Shown one piece after another: positions 1 through 8,925 of a DNA stretch of 64,000 bases. The stretch is from Marsupella aquatica (Eukaryota > Plantae > Marchantiophyta), in contig OZ316892.1 of assembly GCA_973895155.1 (NCBI GenBank), forward strand, positions 17,722,357 through 17,786,356, in the 5' to 3' direction. Position 1 is the stretch's first letter; each line of letters starts with the position of its first letter. Below the pieces are notes generated by a model, which searched no databases, was not told where the DNA came from, and saw only the letters and a program-made list of their open reading frames with translations. The position numbers and the translations under genes were made by a program.

Positions 1-232
1 CTTGGTACTTTCTCGCTTGCACAGAGAGACAGGGACTGTCGTAGTCTTCATGATCTGGATGCAAGGGAACCGAACTCTATGACAAGAAGCCATCTCATCA
101 TACATCTGCTCTGCAGCTCCGTTTCTTGTGGTATCACAATATTCCTTGTACATGTTGTGATAACCTGTACGACTCTGATACGTGGACCCAGATACCGAAG
201 TTCTTAATTGTGGTGGGCTTCTTTTTGAAGAT
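1..232 (-). pseudogene. RPL18a: 60S ribosomal protein L18a (eL20) exon fragment, frameshifted
   Basis: Manual minus-strand translation after the acceptor ctaccag| gives [17 protein letters not shown](+1 nt)[60 protein letters not shown]. This matches the conserved eL20 core. It has one extra base near 181 and substitutions at conserved positions (R>C). No recognisable upstream RPL18a exon was found. Confidence 0.85.
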
Positions 233-1240
233 CTGGTAGACACATTATTCAGCATTTGCTAACTTCGAAACTAGAAGGGTAACACATTAAACAACAGAGA
301 AACTCACAACATCCTCCTTTGGTCCTTCAGAGTCTGTACTTTGATTCTGAAGTTTGACTGAGTTTTTGTTTACTAAAAGAATGTGACTGTGTAAGAGTTC
401 CGTTTGGCAGTGGATTGGTTGAAGCACTTCATGCTAGTGTGTTGTCCACAGCTCTTCAACCAGCTTTCGTCTTCCTTGTCTTTCACCACTTACGATGACA
501 TCAATTCAGCTAAGACCATAGAAGGTTCCAAAGCATCTAACTTGTAAAATCGCATTCTGTTACATCAAGGACTAAGGTGTTGGGTGCCAAAGGAGACAGC
601 ACAACAAACACGCTGAAAAGACTTCAGGACTGGGTTCAACAAGGTAGTGAAGGTGCTTAGAGCCATAGTAAGTATGCATTCTGTATCTTTCTCTATTGAT
701 GTGAGCTTGTGCATAATGGGAGTTGTAGTTGGCAAGAGTTCCAAATATGAATAGATCCAGAAGTATGTGATCATGTACTTGCTCTATAAAGTTCTGAAGA
801 TATAAGCATTTTCTGTTAGACCAGGCAACTTGGGAGTTGGTAAGTGTCACCTGCATCTGAGGGGCTACACCGGGGCATCAGTGGAGGTTCACTTGCACAA
901 CACGACAACCAGTGAATTTTCTCTCTGCTGCAACCTGCAAGGTGAGACTTTCGGTCTTTCTGGATGAAAAAACAGGAGTTTAATATGATTGATATACATG
1001 TCCGTCAAGAATATGGGTTTATCACCAAGCTCTTTGTCTTAGGAAACTCATAAACTCAGAATCAAATATGTACTATGCACGTTTCATGCTATGTGTATAC
1101 TATGACCTGTAGTTGGAACCAAGACAATGAGTGGGAACTGATTAGTTTAGGTGGTTGCTGTTGGCGAGGCAAGTCGACCTCCTGCTCACCTTGCTCATCA
1201 AAGGACGTGAACAGAGGACATCACAACGAAAGCAACACTT

Positions 1241-1690
1241 ATGGTGAGGACCCGCAACGCTGAACATGTGCGACTTGCACGCAAGGCAGAGATGTTGCGC
1301 CTTGAGTATGTCAGACTTGGGATCCTTCCAGCCCAGTCTGCATGGTACTTTGAGTACCCTGTTGTTTCTAGGAACAACTACAGCCGGCCTCTACCTGCTT
1401 CAGTACCCTTCCCGACATCCTTGGTATTTGTGTCTCTTGTACATGACCCGCCACAAATTAGGTGCCAAGGGTGTGTACACAGTTGCCAATATGACTGTCC
1501 TGCCTGTAGGGCTTCTGGCCCAGAATTGGATGACCGTTCTCTTGGATGCCGATTTTTGCACAGAGCACAATGTATCATCTGGAACCACTCGCCATCCTGC
1601 AGTGTGCCTGGTGATGTCACTTGTCCTGCCCTCCCAGACCCCACCACCGGTGACTTTGGTGTCTACACATGTTTGGATCACATGCTCTAG
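1241..1690 (+). CDS. Small Cys/His-rich protein, possible atypical PHD-like zinc finger (149 aa)
   Basis: Open ATG-to-TAG ORF with the pattern CQGC..CPAC..C..H-x3-C..CLDH. Same strand and similar CpG-poor composition as the neighbouring transposon ORFs. Confidence 0.5.
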   Translation: MVRTRNAEHVRLARKAEMLRLEYVRLGILPAQSAWYFEYPVVSRNNYSRPLPASVPFPTSLVFVSLVHDPPQIRCQGCVHSCQYDCPACRASGPELDDRSLGCRFLHRAQCIIWNHSPSCSVPGDVTCPALPDPTTGDFGVYTCLDHML

Positions 1691-2305
1691 AGGACCACTT
1701 GTCACACCGCATGCACAGACCAGATACCATTGACCTATAGCTTAACACTCTGACTTCAACACAGAGGATATTTACTTAAAATTTTGATGTATGAGCAATT
1801 TTGGGTCCAGGGTTTAGGGTCAACAGTACATAACTTATATCCTATTATGCCTGCACTAAGCAAAATATCCTAATTTAAGAGGCTAGCAAACTCGCATAAA
1901 AGTCTCTATTGAAAGACTGCTTTCATGACTGCTTTAACCTGGTGAACATTGCAACGTTGAATGAATTAATGGGCCATGTGATAATATGCAAAATGATTTA
2001 TGCCTCACTTATTTGTCTCAGCCACTATCATAACCTATTTAGGATGTATAAATTTCAACCCTTATGACACTGCTTCATACCAATCCTCTTCGAAGAATGC
2101 CTGTTTTACATGTCACAACTATTGTATGTGATTCAAATGCATGAAATGTTGTTGCAGATCTCCTTTGGTGAATCATAGCCACAATTAAAATTGAGGTGTT
2201 GGTGGAGAAATTGTATTAGGGGATCAGTTTTGTGTGTGGGCTCAACATACCAAAAGTATGTGTGCTCTGCATCCTTGTGTGGCCATTCCAATTCATTGCA
2301 GTAGC

Positions 2306-2449
2306 AAATGCCTTTGTACCTTAAATGCTAAATATATTTTACTTTCTGTGCAGTCTGCTAAATTGTAGAGTCTATCTAAATGCCTTTGTACCTTAAATGC
2401 TAAATATATATTACTTTCTGTGCAGTCTGCTAAATTGTAGAGTCTATCT
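2306..2449 (+). repeat. 72-bp tandem duplication
   Basis: AAATGCCTTTGTACCTTAAATGCTAAATATA...GTAGAGTCTATCT occurs twice (2306-2377 and 2378-2449), just before the acceptor-like gcgcag| that precedes the PHD ORF. Confidence 0.9.
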
Positions 2450-2460
2450 CATGCGCAGGC

Positions 2461-3141
2461 ATGGCACGGCCTAAAATTCAAGCCAAAAAGCGTGTGATAG
2501 AGGTGAGAAACACAGGTGTACTTGGGGCAGATGCTACTAACTTCTCTGCAAGTCAGATTTTCCAGAAGGCAGCTCATTGTTGTGCCATTTGTGACGATGG
2601 TGGGGGCCTGGTCATTTGTGAGGGCCCTTGCATGAGGCATTTCCACCTCAACCCGGAGTCTGACCTTGCTGCAGAAAACAACTGTCCAGGGGTGGGCCTC
2701 CCGTCAACACACCAGGGAGACTGGATGTGCACTGATTGTTTGGAGAAGCAGGCTAAGTGTGCACAGTGTGGGAAGTTGGGGTCCTATGAGGGCTCTGTTG
2801 ATGCTGCAGCAAATGTTAGGAAATGTCCAGACCGTTTTTGTGTGAGATTTTTCTGTTTTGAGTGTTTGCCTGCTCATGCCACAGCTTGCCCACTTCATAG
2901 GTGCAAGGCATGTGGTGAGCATGATGATGACTACTGGACTGACATAGTCCACTGTGCTAGGTGTCCCACTATGTGGCACTATCATTGCCTGAAAGATCAT
3001 CAAGCAGAGGGTTATGCTTGTGACAGAGAAATCTATGATCACTCTGCACATGGTGTTGATCGATGGATATTTTATTGTCATCGCCATGCCATTGATCCTA
3101 CCTCGCGCACTCCTGTGAGAGATCACATATCTTGGCTGTGA
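2461..3141 (+). CDS. Stand-alone EDM2-type composite (triple) PHD-finger protein, 226 aa
   Basis: CAICDDGGGLVICEGPCMRHFH...CTDC...CAQCGKLGS...CPLHRCKAC...VHCARCPTMWHYHCL...IFYCHRHAID..RTPVRDHI. It is collinear with the PHD cassette of Arabidopsis EDM2 as recalled (CAICDNGG..CEG.C.R.FH; CPLH.C..C; CRRCP..YH..CL; IYC..H.ID...TPVRDH). Confidence 0.8.
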   Translation: MARPKIQAKKRVIEVRNTGVLGADATNFSASQIFQKAAHCCAICDDGGGLVICEGPCMRHFHLNPESDLAAENNCPGVGLPSTHQGDWMCTDCLEKQAKCAQCGKLGSYEGSVDAAANVRKCPDRFCVRFFCFECLPAHATACPLHRCKACGEHDDDYWTDIVHCARCPTMWHYHCLKDHQAEGYACDREIYDHSAHGVDRWIFYCHRHAIDPTSRTPVRDHISWL

Positions 3142-3733
3142 AGCTGAACATTGTACATGCACAGTGCACCTGATGTGGATGTACTATTTTTTGAGATTGC
3201 AGAGATTCCAATTTTGAAAAGGAGTTGGGTAGGCGAGTTTATATAGGCAGCACTTATCTTGTGCTCTGGCGTCAGTGGCTGGGTACATGCCTATACAAAC
3301 TTATCCTTACAAGCCTTCTTGGAAGTATTTAGGCTGAGTGGTCATTTTCATAAACACTTTCATCACACTGCTAAATTAAAACAGGACTTCTAAGTTGTAA
3401 GCGTATAAATTATCAGGCATGCAATTAATCAAATTGCCCTATAAGTTTGTCATTGAATGTATCCTCCTTTACAACAAAATATGTATGTGCCATGACAAGT
3501 TGGTTGCACTTCATTTCACCACGGATATGGATTTTGTAGTATATATTCAAACAATGTCCTGCATCCGTGCAGGTGCCTAGTACGTATTGTTCACATATCC
3601 CTTGTACCTATCAAAATCGGACCTGAGCACCAGTGGGCCAGATCAACTCAAAAAGCAGGAATTTTGTTGTCCTTGTATTGTCAGGTGAACCCATTCTTCC
3701 AAAATTCACTGTCATCACGTAGGGTGTGTGTAC

Positions 3734-4606
3734 ATGGAGCCTGGTAAACGTAGAAAGTGTGACCACCCAGCAGTGTTTACAGGGGTCAGAGCGATTTTGG
3801 TCCATGGCCAGCATGGGTTGACCAAAGTGCATTGGCCAACTGTACAGAAACGATTCTCTGAGCTCCATGGCACTGTAGTTCAGGACATCACTCCAGAGAC
3901 TACACATGTTGTTGCAGGGACATGGCTATCAGTGATAAAGAAGTGGTCATGGTCCTACATGAATTCTGCAATTACTAAGCAAGGCCTAAAAGTAGTTGAG
4001 GCCTCTTGGATCACAGATTCCATAGCACATAAGATTGTACAGGATACTGAGCAATATGAGTTGTGGGAGGATGAAGAAGCTACTGCATCAGCTTGGGCTG
4101 AACAAGAAGTCTGGGAAGCAAAGGCACGGCTTGCTGATCTCCAATATGGACCTGTACTCAACAAAGGACAGAGCTCTACAAGGCTGAAGAGTATGTTGGC
4201 TGAGGAGACGAAGCAACCAACCCCCATTCTGAAAGGGCTGAGCATGGTATTTGTGGAGGCGGGAATTGGAGAGGTTAAGTGCAAAGTGTACAAGTCCAGA
4301 GTGCTTGACCTAGGTGGGACAGTGGAGGAGAATATAACAGAGGACACCACTCATGTCATTACTAAGTCATATCCCAAAGCCTGCCGCAAGTTTGGGAAGG
4401 GAGACATTCGCTTTTATGTCATGTCCCATAATGTGTTTGTGGTTTCATATGCTTGGCTTGTGGAATCAGTAGCAGCTGGGAAGCGTCAAAACCCAATGGA
4501 CTATGATCTTTTTGAGGCCTGGCCACGGAAGGGTCAGGATCCTTACAGAGAGGACTATGAGACAACAAGTGAGGAATGGGTCATTAGCGATTCTGAATCA
4601 GAGTGA
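3734..4606 (+). CDS. Tandem BRCT-domain protein (~290 aa), BRCTs resembling the plant DNA polymerase lambda N-terminal BRCT
   Basis: Two repeats: FTGV..GTVVQDITPETTHVV..VVEASWITDSI and LKGL..LGGTVEENITEDTTHVI..KFGK..VSYAWLVESV. They show the canonical BRCT G-G, THV and W-x-x-x-S motifs. N-terminal KRRK resembles an NLS, and the C-terminus is acidic. First ATG at 3734. Confidence 0.8.
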   Translation: MEPGKRRKCDHPAVFTGVRAILVHGQHGLTKVHWPTVQKRFSELHGTVVQDITPETTHVVAGTWLSVIKKWSWSYMNSAITKQGLKVVEASWITDSIAHKIVQDTEQYELWEDEEATASAWAEQEVWEAKARLADLQYGPVLNKGQSSTRLKSMLAEETKQPTPILKGLSMVFVEAGIGEVKCKVYKSRVLDLGGTVEENITEDTTHVITKSYPKACRKFGKGDIRFYVMSHNVFVVSYAWLVESVAAGKRQNPMDYDLFEAWPRKGQDPYREDYETTSEEWVISDSESE

Positions 4607-5037
4607 GGAGTAGTAGCATCAGTTTGGACACAAGTTTTTGTATAAATCAGATCATTGAAATAAATGTCATCTTTGAACTAATGTACCTTGTTATGGTTGG
4701 TGGCAGTTGGGCTTATTTTACTGTTGGCGGATTGTTGTTTCCTGCTGCCTGGGGGTGTCACTGTAAACGTACATGCAGAGGCGGTACATTTGAGGACAGC
4801 GGAGGAGATGGTGACACCCTCCAACATTTAGAAATTTTGTGTCATTCACTTGACAATAGGTACACTACTTGCGAACCTATTTTTTTCTTTTGGGGTGGTT
4901 TAGGGTTTGTGAGAATTTAGTACACGTTATGTTAACTCTTTTGGCAGATACAGTCAGGGATATATGGAACACAAATACCACCATTAGGCATCCTTGTTCA
5001 CTGCTATCCATGACTGCAGAGCTCCCAGCCTGTTACA

Positions 5038-8000
5038 ATGCACCCTGGTCACCACCCTCCCCAGACCCAGCCCAGGGCACAGGCACTGCCTTTGCATCAT
5101 CCCACAAGGATATCACGCCATGATAATAAGCTTTGGCAGCGTGAAAGGTTACGAACCAGACTTTCAGGAGCCAGTAGGATGAGATGTCCTTGTGCAATCT
5201 GCCAAGGATCCCGTACCAGGGGTCTGAATGAGGTTTGGCGGCATATCGCGGTTCATGGAAGAGATCCACGACATCGAGTTTGGAATGATCCTGCAGAGGA
5301 AGATTCTTCCGACGAGGAGTGGAGGTTAGAATTTGATGCTGCCAATGCTGCAAGACGGGCAAGTGAGGTTCTGCCTGGTGCATTTGAAAATGTTGTAGCT
5401 GGTCTCTGTGGGTTGTCAGCTCTCCAACGGGATGGTGCTCAGGCAGCACCACGTGACGAAGGAATTCATGTGGAAGAGATGGTGAGAGACATCTTCCAAG
5501 ACTTGGATGCATTTCATGATGGGCTGGACAATGAAGAGGATACGGCTGCAGATGCAAGTGTGCCCCCTGTCGAAGAGCCTCTTGATGAGTTTGAGATAGG
5601 GCAAGAAACCCCTGGGCATGATGGGATGTTTGGCTCTCCCCTGCAAATACAGGAAGGCAGGAAGTCTTTGTACCCCGGTAGCAAATGTTCTAAACTGGGA
5701 TTTGTCATCATGTTCCTGAACATTTGCGGCAACCACAATGTCCCCAACGTTTTGGTTTCTGAGTTGTTGGCATTCTTGCGAACAACTGTGCTACCAGATG
5801 GTAATATTTTGCCCAAGAACATGTACGAGGCAAAAAGATGCATATCTAATCTTGGATTGAACTATGATTCGATCCATGCCTGTCCTGATGGGCATGTTCT
5901 TTTCAGAAAGGAGTATAAAGAATCGTGGACATGCCCTAAGTATGGGAAGCACAGGTATCGGAACTCAGGAAAGTCTATGGTTCCCGCCAAGGTACTTCGT
6001 CATTTTCCACTCATTCCCAGACTTCAGCGGATGTTCAGAAGCCGTGCCATCTCGGAGATGATGACTTGGGCAACTGACAAGAAAAGTGATGATGGGCTAC
6101 AACGACATGCTGCAGATTCAAGGCAATGGAAACTCATAGATGAGATGTATCCCGAATTTGCTGCTGAGCCGAGGAATGTCAGACTTGGGCTGTCATTGGA
6201 TGGGGTAAACCCATTTGGAGACAAGAACAACAAATTTTCATGCTGGCCTGTAACTATTTTGAATTATAACCTTCCTCCTTGGATGACTACAAAGCGATTT
6301 TTTGTTCTGATGGTCCTACTGATACCAGGGCCAGACAGTGCTGTATCTGCCAACATAGATGTGTTTCTGGCTCCCCTAGTGGAGGAATTGAGAAAGCTTT
6401 GGGAGGAAGGAGTTCTCACATATGATGTCCTACAGAGGCTTGGGAGGTTAAACCCATTCATCCTTAGAGCCATTGTCATTCTGACTATAGCTGACTACCC
6501 AGCCCATGGGATGATATCAGGCCAAACAACAAAAGGATATTGTGCTTGTACTATCTGTGGGCGCAATGTCACCAGTGAGTACTCCAGAGCCCTGCAGAAA
6601 GTGATATACATGGGCCATCGTCGTTTTCTGAAGACAGATCACCCTTACAGAGAAAGATAGGCACTGATTGCACACTTTGGCAATGAGATTGAGCAACGTG
6701 GACCCCCGGCACGAGTGACCAAAGAGGAGATCAGGCAGTGGGGAGCACTGAGGGATGACTATATCAAACGAGGGGGCAGGGAAGATGGAGTGAGTGATCC
6801 AATAAAGCGATATGGTGTAAAAAGACTGAGCATATTGGACTTGGAGCTCAAGTACTGGAGGGTAAGCCTCTTGGAGTTGATGCTAATTGGGATACATGTT
6901 TTGGTTCAGAGCATGTGCATTCATTTCGAAGAGAGAGACTAAACTTGAGGCATTTCCTGACGCTTTTGCATTGCAACGATGCAGGAGTTTGAGCCAAGCA
7001 AACATAACATTGATGTTATGCACATTGAAAAGAATATTTGTGAGAGTCTACTCAGATTCTTGTGTGGAGAGAAAGACACTGGTTCAGTGAGATTGGATCT
7101 TGAACAGAGGGGAATGAAACCCCATCTTTGGTTGAGGCCACATGCCCACAGAGCTGATGTGCTCTTGAAGTACCAAGCGCCCTATGTTCTGACAGACACA
7201 GAGTGGGAACTATTTGTGCAGAGGTTGAGTTCTTTGAAGGTTCCTTCAAACTATGGCAGTGCTTTCAAGAAGCATATCATGACTAGAAAGCTTGGTAGTA
7301 TGAAAAGCCATGACTACCATATGTTGATGCAACAGGTGTTGCCTTTATGCCTGAGGGGCCTGTTGCAGAAGCCTGTTCGTACTGTGATCATGCGACTCAG
7401 TGATGTGTTTCGTCGTATTTGTGTGAAGGTTTGGGATGAAACACACTTCCCACAACTGACAGAAGATGTCGCTCAGGTGCTGTGTGACCTGGAGATTTAT
7501 TTTCCTCCCGCATTTTTTGATGTCATGACCCACCTACTTGTCCATGTTGTGGAAGAGCTACACCAATTTGGGCCTGTGAGTGCTCGTTGGTTGTACCCTT
7601 TGGAACGGTACATGAAGCTACTCAAAGGTCACGTGAGAACATATTACAAACCTGAAGCAAGCATGGCTAAAGGTTACATCAAGGATGAGACTCTGGGATT
7701 TCTGACCGAATACATAGCACAATATGAGCATGTGAAGACCAGGGTGTGGAATTCTGATGAGGAGGAAGGGGTGGTAGGTGAAGTACTGGAAGGGGCTGCA
7801 ACCACAAAGAACCTGACCATATCTATGAGAGACTTGGCACATGACTTTGTATTGCACAACACTGTGGTGATGGAACCCTGGATACAGTGAGTGCATACAT
7901 GTGCTATAATCCAGTTCATGAGCTTAAATGTTGTGTTCGTGTGGTTTTCTCCTTCAGCCTGTTCATGTTTACCCAAGCTAATGCTGTGTGGTTGTTCGTT

Positions 8001-8769
8001 CAGGGAGTATGAGTCATTGAAGGCGGCCCATCCCACTGCAGGAACAACTTTTCCAGGTTTCATGGAGTGGATCAGAGTGGCAATTAGAGAGCATCACGAG
8101 ACCCACCCAGACATGGATGCAGATGTTTACCTACTGTCTAATGCCCCTAGCCTGAAAGTGAAGACTTACAAACGGATGAGAGCATATGGGAATCACTTCC
8201 GAGTGAAGGATGGTGACAGTGCCTACAGGGTGACGAATGACTGCGGGCTCATCACTGTATTTGAGCAACAGAGCCACAATCACGACAGGGCCTGGATGGA
8301 GATGGGATATGTGGGAGAATTAGTTGACATATGGGCTCTGGACTATGGGGCGGTGTCCAGTCCTGTGATTCTTATGAAAGGTTCATGGGTGCGGCAGGAT
8401 TGGCTTGGTAACAGGGCTACCATGAAGAGAGACAACGACGGTTTCTTGCTGGCCAATTTCAGAGGGAAATTGCCCGAATGGTCTGAGCCATTTGTGTTTC
8501 CTAGTCAGGTGGAGCAAGCTTTCTTCCTGGATGTGGAAGACTCCCCAGGTTGGCGTGTAGTGTGTCATAAACAGGCCAGGCAACGCCGGATGGAAGGATC
8601 AAACCTTGAGTTTCATTTACACTCTCATAGTGCCTTTGATCGTCGGCGTTCAGACCAAGTGCCTGTAGTTCATGATAGCGGGGACTTCATTCCTGTGACA
8701 AGGGTAGATGCATTTGCTGAAGGAGGCGAATTCAGAGATGCAGATGCCAACAGTGTGCCTGTGCCATGA
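5038..8769 (+). pseudogene. CACTA transposase (TnpD/Tnp2; transposase-associated CPC..C, Transposase_21, DUF4218, DUF4216), 3 exons, one premature stop
   Basis: Motifs: RCPCAIC, IHACP, LRHFPLIPRLQR, RNVRLGLSLDGVNPF, YNLPPW, DYPA, DVMHIEKN, MKSHDYH, FPPAFFDVMTHL, WLYPLER, EPFVFPSQVEQAFF. Phase-consistent GT-AG introns at 6862-6984 and 7887-8003. In-frame TAG at 6658-6660, with the frame continuing to 6861. Confidence 0.93.
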
Positions 8770-8925
8770 GTAATGTGAATTGTTTGCATAGACATTAGTG
8801 AGGGGAAGGATGTGTAATAAAGTAATTCTGAAGCAACACAGATGTATGGATGGATGCCTGGTGATTGTGGTTGCATTGTGTTATACGGGGTGACCATAGA
8901 TGACATGTTTTTGTGGTCCAGTAGG

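Noticed and set aside
572-856. 94-aa minus-strand ORF as an upstream RPL18a exon or a gene
   Set aside because: No similarity to the eL20 N-terminus or to any motif I recognise.
3363-3375. TCA+CACTG as an alternative left terminus
   Set aside because: No similarity to CACTAGAAGAA beyond 4 bp and no subterminal repeats.
4863-4875. CACTACTTGCGAA as the left TIR of the CACTA element, which would exclude the PHD and BRCT ORFs
   Set aside because: It matches the right TIR only in the first 5 bp, is preceded by GTA rather than TCA, and has no GTCAC subterminal array.
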